From the NCBI GenBank assembly GCA_016748015.1, contig JAAOMT010000372.1, positions 186,001 to 250,000 of the forward strand: 64,000 bases of DNA. Direction: 5' to 3'. Made by a program: the position numbers and the translations under genes. Of the stretch, positions 1 to 13,016 are shown piece after piece. Below the pieces are notes generated by a model that had not been told where the DNA came from, made no database searches, and saw only the letters and a list, made by a program, of their open reading frames with translations. Origin of the DNA: Geosiphon pyriformis uo1 (taxonomy: Eukaryota > Fungi > Glomeromycota). How positions within the stretch are numbered: position 1 is the first letter of the stretch; each line of letters starts with the position of its first letter.

Positions 1-291
1 CAAAGAAATTGTCATAGTGGCAGGAAGATCTGACATCTAAATCACTTGAAGAGACAATTGCCACAAACAAGGAAAAAAAATGCCCCACTGCAACATTGCT
101 ACAACAGATGAATCTGGTGAATATACATGGAATGTATGCAGTAAACAATCCAGATAAAACATGGGCAGCAAATGGAGTACAAAGAAAATTAGATTATGTG
201 TTTACTGATGTTGTTACAGCCTCAATGGTTACAAATATTGGGGTGATTAATGTTAATGAATTATTTAGCACTGATTACAAAGTGATGGTAG

Positions 292-958
292 TGTTACGGT
301 TGAAACTTATACTTCTTATTAATTATCACATGTATTAGCCACTGATGTCACATAAATTAGCCACTCTATTTTTAGAAAGTGATCATTGACCTGATCAATG
401 ACCTGACTGTTGACCTGATCATTGACCACTTTTGATAACTATATAAGCAATGAATCTCTTAGCTGTAGAAAAATATGAAGAAATCAAAAGAAATAAATAA
501 ATAAAATAACAACTTTCATGTCAATCATTTTCTTATTGCTAAATTCTCTTTCCCTACTTTTAAGTATCTGAACATCTTAAAGATAAAAGATTACTTGTTG
601 GTTATTTTTTACCCTTTTTCTAAACCATGTAATTGCAGCATTTAAAGATTATTGAATAAAACATGACTGAAGAGTACATCTGATATCTGATATTGAATTC
701 TAAGAGTGCCAATGTAAGGCATAGAATTGTACCAGGCATGATCATTTGTTGACAGTATGGACTATCCTTCTACTTTCAGATTCCCTGGTTATCTTTGAAA
801 AGTATAGTGACTGAGATATTTTATGAGACTGATCTCACACATTAAATCCATACTTATTCAATTCGATCTTTGAAGTTGAATTCTCTTTGATTCCTTTCAT
901 CACCCTACAATCTTGTTCTCTCTTGCTATCCATTAGTTTGTTACTCCAACCCATAAGA
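292..958 (+). repeat. Gypsy-A1 5' LTR (TGACCTGATCA-type repeats 380-428, TATATAA 440-446, AATAAA run about 491-505)
   Basis: Direct repeat of 7127-7793, followed by the PBS. Confidence 0.95.
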
Positions 959-964
959 TAAAAG

Positions 965-979
965 TGGTGCTCCCTGTGA
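965..979 (+). promoter_or_regulatory. Primer binding site TGGTGCTCCCTGTGA
   Basis: TGG-starting motif just after the 5' LTR; present in all A copies (19153-19170, 58681-58697) and in family B. Confidence 0.85.
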
Positions 980-1010
980 AGTTGTCAAAATTCACTTTGT
1001 TTTCTATTGT

Positions 1011-2563
1011 ATGGGTGATTATTCATATCTGCCACAACAATCAGAAGAACACTTTGAAGCACACAACAAAAATGATCTAGACTTTATTAAACTCAATCTT
1101 TTGCCCTCCTGCTTGATTTGCTTTCCCATTGAAGATCAATCCAGTAGACAATTCCAAAATTTTTGGAACTGGTTCCTGAATGAGCATTCAGCTGAAACCT
1201 ACACAGCCTATACAACTTATTACTTTGATCAAGCTTATTTTGAAGACAACTTTGAAGAAAGAAATAACAGCATCAATCAACTTTTATACTCCACAACCTT
1301 TAAATAACAGCCCCCTGATTCTGAATATCTGAATCATCAAATCCACATCTGGATTGCTGCTCATCAATCAACTGAAACTCCTCTTGAAAAAGAAGAAGAA
1401 AGCTATTAAACTGCTCCTGTTTTTGATCTCTTTTCAAGTGAATCAGAACACTCTACACAAACAGTTACATTTAAACCAATGGCTCAAGACCCTCTGCAAC
1501 AAAACATTCTGATCGCCCTCCAAGGTATACAGACTGCTTTAGGGTAAAGAAACAACACTCTATTACCATTATTCAGAAGTGATGCCCAAGATCCAATTGA
1601 ATGGCTGGATGATTTTGAGAAAGCTGCCACAGCAAACCAATATGATAACAAATACAAGTTCCAAATTGTTGGTGGCTACCTCCAAGGCTCTCCTGCTACT
1701 TGGTTCTCACAAGAAACCAATGCCAATGCTCAACAAAGAATTATTAGATGGGCACCAACAAATGCTGGAGAAGACAACACCTCTTTCACTACCCAGTTTG
1801 AAACAAAATTCAGAACCCTAATATTAATATCCAAATGGTGCATAGAACTGGAAAGAAGAACCCAAGACCTTGGAGAAGTAGTGACTGAATATGCCAAAAC
1901 TATCAGAAAGCTAATCAAACGTGTAGATTCTGGGAGAAACTAGACAAAAGAGCAAAAGATTTACTCCTTTACAAAAGAATTGAGAACTGTCTATCATATG
2001 CTCTCTGGCCTCTCTTGGCCCTCAAAGACAATCCCATAATGAATATGGCCATTGAATTAGCTCAAAAGATTGAAGATAACCAAAGAATGCATTTGGGATC
2101 CACACTTCCAGTTTTCACTCCTGCTCCTATTTTGGCTTCTGCTCCCCAAATGGCTGTTACCTCTTTTACTGCCCAGACTCAAGATCCCAATAAACAATTA
2201 ATAGATAGACTTACAGCCAATCTTGCTCAGCTATTGGAACCCTTAGCCCAAGCAGTCAAAGAAAATCAACAACCACAAAGACCCAGATTTGAGCCATGCT
2301 TTAATCAGCCCCAACAACCCCCATATCAAAGACAACAAAATCGTGGCCCACCTGTGTGTTACCATTGTGGATTAACTGGACATTTCTCTAGAGATTGTAA
2401 CAATCCTTCCCTGCTTCCTCCAGCTCCTAGAAACAATGACAATCAAAACAACAGAACCATCAACAACAATGTCTCCAATCAAAGACCCAATCATGCTAAC
2501 ATTAATTTCTTTGGAGAAGATCCCTTAGTTGAAGCCACTGTTTATCAGCTTTTAAACTGGTAG
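1011..2563 (+). pseudogene. gag: Gypsy-A1 gag (N-terminal extension, capsid-like region, CCHC knuckle CYHCGLTGHFSRDC)
   Basis: ORF fragments 1011-1307 and 2015-2563; QDPIEWLDDF capsid-like motif; CCHC knuckle. Confidence 0.9.
2551..2557 (+). promoter_or_regulatory. Putative -1 ribosomal frameshift slippery site T TTA AAC at the gag/pol junction
   Basis: X XXY YYZ heptamer in gag phase, one codon before the TAG; a -1 shift enters the pol frame. Conserved at 16945-16951 and 57101-57107 (minus). Confidence 0.75.
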
Positions 2564-5500
2564 ACACACCTCCAAAGAGTGAGAGTGTAAGCCAACCAGA
2601 AGAAAACCCCTTTTTTGCTTTTAACCTAACTGATGATGACCATGACATGGATGAACTAGCAATCAACACTTCTGAACCAACCAGAAAGAAAAAGAAAGCC
2701 AAGGTTGATTTTATCTTGAACCCAAACAAAGCATCCAAATCATCTGCTGATAACAATAAGCCACCAAAGACTAAGGTTTTTAAAAATCCTCCAAAGTTGG
2801 AATCTCTGGAAATTGTACAAAAATCTGGACCTTATTCTGTTGTTAAAGATCTCATGGAAACCCCAGCACACATTACATTTGGCCAACTAATGACCCATCT
2901 ACAGTTCCGAAAAAATTTTTGCAAATCATTGATACCAAAAAAGAAGACACCAAAAACCAACAAATGCTCTTGCCAAGCTGGACTTGCTGATAACAGTAAT
3001 GTCACTCCTCTGATTTGTAAAGCCCAAGTGGCTGGTTACTTTATTAATCTGATCTTAGACAGTGGATCATCTGTTAGTGTAATTGCCAAACATTTTCTTG
3101 AAGCATTTGGCAGAAAAATTGATGAGCCTTCTACAAGACCAATGACCAATGTACATGGTGACAAGAAGAAAGGCCTGGGCATAGCCAAAGCTATTCCTGT
3201 CTGTATCAATGGTATCAGCATTGAAACTGATATGGAAGTATCTAAAGCAAAAGAGTACACCATCATTGTTGGTAATAAATGGCTTAAGAAAGCCAAAGCA
3301 CTATTTGACTATGAACTTTGCAAGCTAACCATCAGATATGGTGAAAAGCCCATTGTGGTTAAATGCTGTTATTGGACAACTTTTTCAGCAACCAAACAGA
3401 ACCAAGAAGAAGAACAATCAGATGAATCAGATGATGATAAGAGTGATGATGAAGATCAAGAAGAACCAGAAGAAACTGCTAAACTTGCTTATATCATCTT
3501 CACCAGCAATGGCAAGCCACTGGATAATGTTAAAGCTAACAAAGAAGGAATCATGGTAAATGGCAAGCTGATCTGCTGGCCCTATTATGATATTCTTAGA
3601 AGAACCTTTGACCAAAAGCCTGGCAAGAAAGCCAAATACAGTTATTGGTGGCATGGTTTTTGTGCCAGATGCTGGTGCAATAAACCTTTGTATTCTCCCA
3701 GTAATGAATGCAAATCTTGCCTGATCTATTACAAAGACTGGGAACCAATCAGTTTGATATCCAGAGAAGAAATAAAAGAAGTACAGAAGTCTTTTGAGAA
3801 TAAACCACCTGAGATTCAATCACTTGTTGTAGAACAAAGAAAACCTTCTCCAGAAGAAAGAAAAGTAGATATTGAAAACCTATTGGCTAGAAACAGCCCA
3901 GTTATCTCAAAAAAAGGTGATACCCCTGGATGAACTCATGTGATACAACACATTATCACAACCAGAGAAACTTGCCTCATACATTTGAAGCCTTATCAAT
4001 CCAATTGTCATAATGATGAGTTTATCAAGAAAGAAATAAACAGAATGAAAGACCTTGGATTCATACAAGAAACCAAGAGTAAATGGGCTTTTCCAGTTGT
4101 AGTGGTATCCAAAAAAGATGGAACCCTATGCTTCTGTGTTGACTACCATCAATTAAATGCCATCACTATAAGAGACATGTACCCACTCCCCAAAATTGAT
4201 GCAATGCTAGACAAATTCAATGGTGTTGCTTTCTTCTCAACTATTGACTTAACTGCTGGATTCTGGCAAGTAGAGATGGATCCAGAAAGCAGAAAGAAAA
4301 CTGCCTTCATTACAAAATATGGCACCTATAAATTCACGGTTATGCCTTTTGGTTTCACAAATGCCCCTCCTATCTTTCAATGCCTAATGGACAAGGTGTT
4401 TGAATCAGTAAAAGAAAACTTTGTTCTAGTTTACTTGGATGATATAATGATATACTCAAAAACCTGGGATGAACACCTTGAACATTTGCAAAAGGTTTTT
4501 GATCTGCTCAGGAATGCTGGCCTTAAGATCAACCCAATCAAATTTTTCTTTGGACATCAATCCACTCAGTTCTTTGGTCATCTTATTACAAAAGATGAAA
4601 TCTTCCCTGACCCAGCCAAAGTTGAAAAAGTCCAGAACATTAGACAACCAATGAATGTTCCTGAACTATGCTCTTTTCTTGGTTTGGCTTCTTACTATTG
4701 TAAATTCATCCAAAATTGCCTTTCCTCTCAACCAGCTACTCAGGAAAAATGTCAATTACCACTGGAGCACACACCAGCAAAAAGCCTTTGAAGTCCTGAA
4801 GGAAAAACTTGTTACTGAACCAATTCTCAAACAACCTGACTTGGATCAACCTTTCATCCTTCACACTGATGCATCTAGTTATGGACTTGGTGCTGTACTT
4901 TCACAAAAAGATGAAGATGGCAGAGAACATGCTATAGCATATGCCAGTAAATCTCTCACACCAGCGGAAAAGAACTATTCAGTAACTGAACAAGAATGCT
5001 TAGCAGTAGTTTGGGCTACTAGCTATTGGGACCAATATTTTCTTGGTGCCAAATTCCTGGTAGTAACAGATCATCAAGCCTTGGTTTGGCTGCACAATAA
5101 AAAGAATCTGAAACATAAATGGATAACTTGCTGGATATTCCATCTGGATGAATTCGACTATTATATTCAACACTGCAAAGAAGCTAATCATCAAAATGCC
5201 GATGCTCTCTCTAGACTTACCATTCAGTGACAGTACAACCTCTCAAATCAAACCAACTTAATTATTAGTAACTCTCTCATAAACAAACATAATAATGAAC
5301 TTGGACAACTATTCTGCCTTAATGGAATTTTTGGGTAAAGGACAATACCCACCAGACTACACTTGACAACAAAAAAAACATTTATGCAAACAATCAAATT
5401 TCTATTTGATCTGCCAAAATCAGTTATACAAAAGAAACAAAAAAGATCCTGACCACCTCCAAAGAGTCATAAGATTTGAAGAAAGAGAAATTGTAATCTA

Positions 5501-6471
5501 CAACATACATACTGATCCATTAGCTGGACATTTTGGAAAAACAAAAACAATTCAGAAAACTTTAACTCACTACTATTGGCCTACCTTTAACAATAACTCT
5601 TGATGGCAACAGATACATTATTACAGCTACCAACTATCTTACAAAGTGGGTAGAAGCAAGAGCCATTCCAGACCAAACAGCAGTTTCAATAGCCAATTTC
5701 ATTTATGAAGATATCATTTGCCATCATGATTGCCCCAAAGAACTTTTATCTGATAGAGGAAGAGCTTTTCTCAGTACACTGGTTGAAGAACTCTGCAGGA
5801 AAATGGGAATATGTCATAAACTTTCTTCCTCTTACCACCCTCAAACAAATGGCTTAGTGGAACATTTCAATAGAACACTATGTGAAACCCTAGCCAAAAC
5901 CAGTAAAGAAACAAACCTATGGAACAAATTACTGCCTTCAGTCTTGTTCACTTATAGAACTGTGAATCATGACATAATAAGTTATGAACCTTTTTACCTG
6001 CTTTATGGAAGAATGGCAACTCTACCAATAGAAACTGATATTGAGACAATACCCTTTGAAGAAATCACAATAGGGAATTACAAAGACATTTTGCAAAGAA
6101 GACTTGGTACTATTCTTGACTCCTTGGTAGAAGCATGAATAATTGCTTTTGAAAAGATAAAACAGTTTCAAGAAAAGCTTAAGAAAAAGAAAACCTATAA
6201 AACACTTTCTTTAAGTATTGGGGATTTGGTACTAGAATACCATTCAGACAGAAACAATGTTTATGGTAATAAATTTTCTAGCTAGTGGAAAGGACCCTTT
6301 ATAGTCAACAAAGTTTTGAACAATGGTTTTTATATTCTTTAAGATCAATCTGAAACAATCTTCAATGATTGTCCTATTCATGGTACACGACTCAAGAAAT
6401 ATTATAAATGACCTGATTGGTTGCCTGTTGTGGTAATACCGACTCAAATGATCAGCAAAAATCAAGTATAA
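2551..6471 (+). pseudogene. pol: Gypsy-A1 pol (PR LILDSGS, RT VYLDD, RNase H TDAS, integrase with GPF motif, no chromodomain)
   Basis: ORFs 2647-3933, 3940-4791, 4655-5230, 5803-6138; a 137-bp deletion near 5586 relative to copies 2 and 3. Confidence 0.93.
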
Positions 6472-6512
6472 ATAAATGCACCATTCCCAAAACAGAGGTA
6501 TCTTCAATCAAC

Positions 6513-7157
6513 ATGAACAATTATTTTCTGGATCAAAACATTCAAAATGCCTTCTATACTCTCCATGAGTATTGGATCAAAAACTATTCAAATGCTACTC
6601 TGACCATTGGAAACAAACCACCATAACTGATAACAGTGGAACACATACTGTTATCAGACCAAAGAAAACTACTACCAGAAGAGAAAGAATTGGTAGCAAA
6701 ATGGATAAGTATTTGCTAGAAAGCATAACAGCAGCAATACTTGTATCTTCCATCATAATTAGAAAAATGATTAAGGAAATCTTGCCCATAGACAAAAACT
6801 TGTCATATAGAAAACAACTAGAACTCTATGGTCACCTTGGTGAAATCATAGAAGACATGAAGCTCATAAAGAAAACAACTTCTGAGATACAAGTGGAAAT
6901 TTTGAGCATTATATGATTAGATGTCTCAAGAGTTTTGACCATTGCAAGAAAAGCCAAAATTCTTATACAAAAATTTGGTCTTTTGGATACAAAGCTCATT
7001 TCACTTCAAGTGCTATACAAAAGATTTCAACAAACTAGTTAGCTTTGAGTTAGATAAAACTCTTCCAATAGATTACACTATAAATAGCTTGATTTTGCTG
7101 AAGCTCAATCTCTTTGGAGAGGATAATATTATGGTTGAAACTTATACTTCTTATTAA
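6513..7157 (+). pseudogene. Gypsy-A1 extra ORF3 of unknown function, running through the PPT into the 3' LTR
   Basis: Starts CAACATG 42 nt after the pol stop; the same ORF (657 nt, 218 aa) is present in copies 2 and 3. Confidence 0.75.
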
Positions 7158-7793
7158 TTATCACATGTATTAGCCACTGATGTCACATAAATTAGCCACT
7201 CTATTTTTAGAAAGTGATTATTGACCTGATCAATGACCTGACTGTTGACCTGATCATTGACCACTTTTGATAACTATATAAGCAATGAATCTCTTAGCTG
7301 TAGAAAAATATGAAGAAATCAAAAGAAATAAATAAATAAAATAACAACTTTCATCTCAATTATTTTCTTATCACTAAATTCCCTTTCCCTACTTTCAAGT
7401 ATCTAAACATCTTAAAGATAAAAAATTACTTGTTGGTTATTTTTTACCCTTTTCCTGAAATATGTAATTGCAGCATTTAAAGATTATTGAATAAAATGTG
7501 ACTGAAGAGTACATCTGATACCTGATATTGAATTCTAAGAGTGCTGATGTGAGGCATAGAATTGTACCAGGCATGATCATTTGTTGACAGTACAGACTAT
7601 CCCTCTACTTTCAGATTCCCCAGTTATCTTTGAAAAGTATAGTGACTGAGATATTTTATGAGACTGATCTCACACATTGAATCCATACTTAATTAATTCA
7701 CTCTTTGAAGTTAAATTCCCTTTGATTCCTTTTATTACCCTACAATCTTGTTCTTTCTTGCTATTTGTTAGCTTGTTACTCCAATCCGTAACA
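7127..7793 (+). repeat. Gypsy-A1 3' LTR (PPT GGAGAGGATAA at 7116-7126)
   Basis: Direct repeat of 292-958; ends CCGTAACA. Confidence 0.95.
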
Positions 7794-7797
7794 GTAG

Positions 7798-10700
7798 CAA
7801 TCATCCAATCTGATAGAATTTTGGCAGGCACTAAAAAATCTAGATCTGGAAGAAAGAAGTGTAGCACAACTGTAATTGATGTTAAAAAAGCATTGGAAAA
7901 TCTATGCTAGAGAAACTGATCAACTAACAGATGAAGCACAAAAAAAATCAATAGATAACAGCAATGATAATCTAAATCAGATGTGGCTTATAATTAAGAA
8001 GATAATATTACAAGCTGCTGAGTGCTTACCAAAAAGAAAAGTAGGAGCCCAATCTACACACACAAAGAAAGAAAGCATGGATCACAAACTTGTTAAGGTT
8101 GTTGCTGATATAATCAAACAAATAAGAGTAAACAATGCAGATATGCATGATAACAATGTTATGCAGCTTTTGGCCAAATAGAAACAATTGAAACCTGAGA
8201 CAGTTAATGCATATCTGATGTCTCTTCCAAAAGATAAGCTTATTGCAGAATTACTAAACATCAAAAAAGAATACAGATCTACACTGCATGCTAGGATCAG
8301 GCTACAACAGCAAAGACAAATAGTAAACAATATCATCAAAAGACAACAAAACTTTGAGCTAAACAAAAGAGCAATGATCAAAAGCATTATAAACAGGAAA
8401 AGACAAAGAATAGTATTGGACCATGTGATAGAGAAAGGCAAATTTCATGATGATCCTGATGAAATCAAAAAGCTAGTAAACAAAAAAGCTCAAGAGTGGA
8501 CTAGAACAAAAACTCTTGAACCTAAACTATGGAAAAGTTGGAAACACAGATTTAAGCCAATTAAGAGCATCCCAGATCATGCCTTTAATAGTGTGATGGC
8601 TGAAATAACAAATGAGGAATTTGAACACATATTGAGCCACACACCTCATAACAAAGCCCCTGGCCCATCAAACATACAAGCTGAACTTTGGAGAAAGTCT
8701 GGGCCTAATACCAAGTCTAAACTGAGAATGTTGCTTAATGCTTGCATAGAAGCAGCAAACATGCCTGAGGAGTGGAGAATAGCACAGGTTATACTGATTC
8801 CAAAGCCAAAAGAATGGGGTGGCAATATTGACATCACCAGGTCAATCACACTCATTGAAAGCACTAGAAAGATCTTGACAAAGATTCTAACTGCAAGGAT
8901 ATCAAAAGCATGTGAGCTCCATGATGTTCTAAAAGGTTACAACACCTTAGTTTTAAAAAACATCTCCACAGCAATGCCAATTCATGTAATTAATGCTGTT
9001 GTTAAGCATGCAAGAGAATTTGATAATGAGGCTTGGTTTACATTTCAGGACATGAAAAAAGCATATGACTCAGTGGGATGGAAACCCATGGAAGCTGCAC
9101 TAAAAAGGATCAAAATGAACAATAGGTTTACTGAGTTATTTGGCTTGATGCACAACAATAGAAACAATAGGATCATAACTGAATTTGGGTTAAGTGATGA
9201 ATATCATGTACAGGATGAACTAGATCAAAGGGAAACATGCTCACCCATCATGTGGAGGATCTTCTATAACCCCTTACTGTGTGAAGTAAAACAAGCCAAT
9301 TACAGCCAAGAATACAAATTAACAGCTGAATGGACACACAATCCATGCTGGCATCAGTTAACCATCTTGCCTTTGTTGATGACATAGTGTAGATAGCTGA
9401 CTCAAAACAAGGAATGCAGAGTATTCTGGACACAGCCAGCTCCTTTTTTAGGATGGTGGATATTGAGATCAACTTAGACAAGACTGAAACAATGGTGAAC
9501 AGACTCTCCAAAAAGAAATCAGTGTTGGTTGAGCCACTAAAATTTGCTCCAAAAGAACAGACATTGAGATTGCTGGATTCATCTACATGCACCTGATATT
9601 TGGGAGTATGGATTAGAGCAGATAGAAAAAATGAAACTGTGCTGAAGATGATAGGATCTGATATTGAAGCAGTATGTGGGGTTATTAGGAAAAAACACAT
9701 CACTGAAAAACAGGTAATTTACATCTTTAACAGTATACTCAGTCCAGCAATAAAATTTAGATCTCAATTGACCCATATACCAAACAATTGGGCCAAAAGA
9801 TGGAACTCAAAGATCTCAGCCACTGTAAAAAAAAAAGCAAACCTCTCAGTAGATTTCCCAGCCAGTGCTATGCATCACTTATCTTTGTACAACTTGTTCA
9901 AAATTGATGACATACAAGTGAAAAGCAAGATCACAGATTTGTTGGTTAGATTGAACAGTAATGATATTGCTGGAATGGCTACAAAAATTAGACTAGCCAA
10001 CTTGCAGACACAAAGATAGTCAGCTCATAGTATACTCGAATACCCCACCAATAAACAATCTAAGCCAGGAGTTAATCTTATAGCAAACATCATGCAGATA
10101 ATAGTAGAGAGAGGTATCTCATTCAAAAGCTCTGGTGACACATATGGAGTACCTGAATCTTCAAGATCACATGCATATTTAATTGAGACAGTCATAACTC
10201 CAGATGTAGCATACACTAAGGTCAGAAGTTTACTGAGAAAGGAGAACATTTTGTATTTACACCAAATTCAGAACAAGGATGGATTGTTAATGACATGGAT
10301 GGACTACACAAGGAAGTACAGACAGAGCAACAGTGGTAGAATTCCCAAATGGTTTAAGATTTTAAAGTCTACAATCATTATGAATAAACACAGGAACATT
10401 AATGTAACCCAATGTGAAGCAGTGAGAATATACAGAATAGATAACCAAATACCAGATGACCTAGATACTATGCAAAGAGACTCTGTTTACATCCAAATTT
10501 CTGATGTTCTATTACCACAATGAAGGAATGTGCGAGAGAAGTTGAGACTTAGGAAGAAAATATAAATATCAACTGATGGCTCACTGGTGAAAGCTGGTTC
10601 TAAGGATGCTTGAGGAGCTGCCACTTTTATAATACATAGAATAGAGGCCAATTTTGGCATTGCAGTTGATGGAACATTATCATCAACAAAGACTGAGGCA

Positions 10701-11932
10701 AAAGCTGTATTGTTGGCTTTGGAAGCAGTACCTTACAAATGCAAGCTGATATTGAACACAGATAGCCAGGCAGTAGTGTCAACAGCTCAAAAATAGTTGT
10801 TCAAAGACTCACCCTTGTCTATTAAGAATCAGCTCAAAACTCCTAATTGGCACATATGGAATGCAATTAAAGCAGTAATAAAGAAAAGAGGATTGATCTT
10901 AATATAAACAAAGTGGCTGCACACACTGGTATACTCAAAAATGAGATGGCTGACAGACTGGCCAAAGAAGCTACTGCTTTTGACACAGTGGGGTGGGCAT
11001 ACAATGCCAAGGATATTAGTTACATCCTCTTTTGCAGAGGAGTTGAATTGAATCTGAATATCAGATATTTTCTGACCCAACAGACTGGAATTCAAGGAAC
11101 TTTGGATTGGATCAGCAATGACAAAGTACAAGAGACAGTAGAGTCTTTGGACCAGAGGGTGGACTGCAAGTGCACAACCAAAGTGTGGAACTGGGATGAT
11201 AAAATGTCATCAGGCTTCATCTCAGCTAGTTCTTCAGCAATGTGTACATTTATTATGAAATCATTCCACAACATGCTGCCAATAGCAGAGGTACTATATA
11301 ACAGACATCTTTTAGTGTATGTGAACAACCTGTGCAAAGTATGCCACACAGAAGTAGAAACCAATTAGCACTTTTGGAAATGCTCTTTGAATACTCAGAA
11401 GGGCAAGACACTGATAGATAATGTAAAGTATGAGTGAATGCAGTGCTTATCAAAGGCTGTAAAAGGAAAACATAAAATCTTGGACCCTAGTGAGAGGGTT
11501 GTTCTGTCTAATGAGTACATCAAGTCAACACCCAACATAGATCTGCTATGCAAAGGACTGATCAATGAGCAATTCGGAAGAATCAATGCTTTTGCTGACA
11601 TTGATCAGAGGGTTAATGATAATGTCTTAATTAAGGTGTGTAAATAGGCAGTGACACAAGCAAGGAATAGGTTATGGAGAGAGCATTGTAAGTTGCAAAC
11701 TGAGTGGGAAAAATTGATGGGTTTTGATAACAGAGTTAAGAGAAACCCAACACAGGTAACTGGCATACACAAAATGCCAAGAGATAGTAATAATGGTGGT
11801 GGTAATTCCATTATTAAAATGAGTGATGGATTTCAGTGTTGTAATAAGATAGTGATTGATGTATTGGGTAGTAAAATTACTTTAAGTAATAGTGTGATAC
11901 CTCTTTGTTTATCTGGTTATATTAGCATGTAG
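7798..11932 (+). pseudogene. LINE-A1 ORF2 (RT, RNase H, C-terminal CxxC..H..C zinc finger), disrupted
   Basis: Motifs KAPGPS, LIPKPK, FQDMKKAYDSV, LAFVDD (about 9368-9385), RNase H STDGS..TEAKA..NTDSQ..AHTGILKNEMADRLAK, and CKVC..HFWKC. Ends GYISM* at 11932. Many stops and frameshifts. Confidence 0.93.
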
Positions 11933-12093
11933 TTAGGCATAACCACTTAGTGGTTAGCCACATCTTGTATTTTAGTTTATTGGGTGAGTTGGCTTTATGA
12001 AAAAGCCATGCTTTTTGAGTGTGGTTAAACTAATAAAAGACCAGTGTGGCTACACATTAACAAAAAAAAAAAAAAAAAAAAAAAGAAAGATGT

Positions 12094-12156
12094 NNNNNNN
12101 NNNNNNNNNNNNNNNNNNNNNNNNNNNNNNNNNNNNNNNNNNNNNNNNNNNNNNNN
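12094..12156. other. Assembly gap flanked by polyA on both sides
   Basis: N run. Both flanks read (A)n-GAAAG(A/T)TGT-like, so this is probably a single polyA junction. Confidence 0.9.
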
Positions 12157-12318
12157 AAAAAAAAAAAAAAAAAAAAAAAAGAGGAAAGTTGTTATTCTTT
12201 AACTAAGAGATTCATTGCTTATATAGTTGTCAAAAGTAATCAATGATCAGGTCAATGATCACTATCTAAAAATAGAGTGGCTAATTTATATGACATCAGT
12301 GGCTAATACATGTGATAA

Positions 12319-12975
12319 TTAATAAGAAGTATAAGTTTCAATCATAATATCATCCTCTTCAAAAAGATTGAGCTCTGGTGAAATCAAGCTATTCATGGGG
12401 TAATCTATTTGAAGGGTTTTATCTAACTCAAAGCTAACTAGTTTGTTGAAGTCTTTTGTGAATAAGGTATATAATACTTGAGGCAAAATAAGTTTTGTAT
12501 TCAAGAGACCAAATCTTTGTATTAGAGTTTTGGCTTTTTTAGCAATAGTTAAAACTCTTGAGACATCTAATCATATAATGTCCAAAATTTCTGCCTGTAT
12601 CTCTGAAGTTGTTTTCTTCATGAGTTTCATATCCTCTATGATTTCACCAAGATGACCATAAAGTTCTAATTGCCTTCTATATGACAAGTTTTTGTCTATG
12701 GATAAGATTTCTTGGAGTGTTTTTCCAATTGTGCTGGAAGGTGGAAGTATAGCTGCTGTTATACTTTCCAACAGATATTTATCCATTTTGCTACCAATTC
12801 TTTCTCTTCTGGTGGTAGTTTTTTTTGGTCTAATAACAGTATGTGTTTCATTGTTATTAGTTATGGTGGTTTGTTTTCCAATGGTCAAAGTAGCATTTGG
12901 ATAGTTTTTGATCCAATACTCATGGAAAGTATAGAAAGCATTTTGAATGTTTTGATCCAGAAAACAATTGTTTAT
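12319..12975 (-). pseudogene. Gypsy-A2 ORF3
   Basis: ORFs 12571-13071 and 12319-12504 are in one frame and homologous to 6513-7157. Confidence 0.75.
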
Positions 12976-13016
12976 GTTGATTAAAGATACCTCTGTTTTG
13001 GGAATGGTGCATTTAT

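Larger units (their letters stand above)
292..7793 (+). mobile_element. Ty3/Gypsy LTR retrotransposon family A, copy 1 (full length, decayed)
   Basis: 667-bp LTRs with TGTTAC..GTAACA ends, 4-bp TSD GTAG (288-291 / 7794-7797), PBS, PPT, and gag-PR-RT-RH-IN order. Confidence 0.97.
1..12084 (+). mobile_element. LINE-A copy 1: non-LTR retrotransposon entering from the left edge, split by Gypsy-A1 (pieces 1-291 and 7798-12084)
   Basis: 1-291 is the APE C-terminus (KLDYVF..FSTDYK). It continues seamlessly at 7798 when compared with the uninterrupted copy at 50760-51100, followed by RT, RNase H, zinc finger, 3' UTR and polyA at 12062-12084. Confidence 0.95.

Noticed and set aside
1011-1030. Gag N-terminal MG as a myristoylation signal
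   Set aside because: MGDYSY fits the MGxxxS/T consensus poorly.
9368-9385. FVDD instead of YADD in the LINE RT as a novelty
   Set aside because: F/Y-x-DD variation is common in non-LTR RTs.
11925-12061. 3' tail as a self-cleaving ribozyme
   Set aside because: No hammerhead (CUGAnGA/GAAA), HDV or hairpin-ribozyme core is recognisable; reported only as a structured tail.
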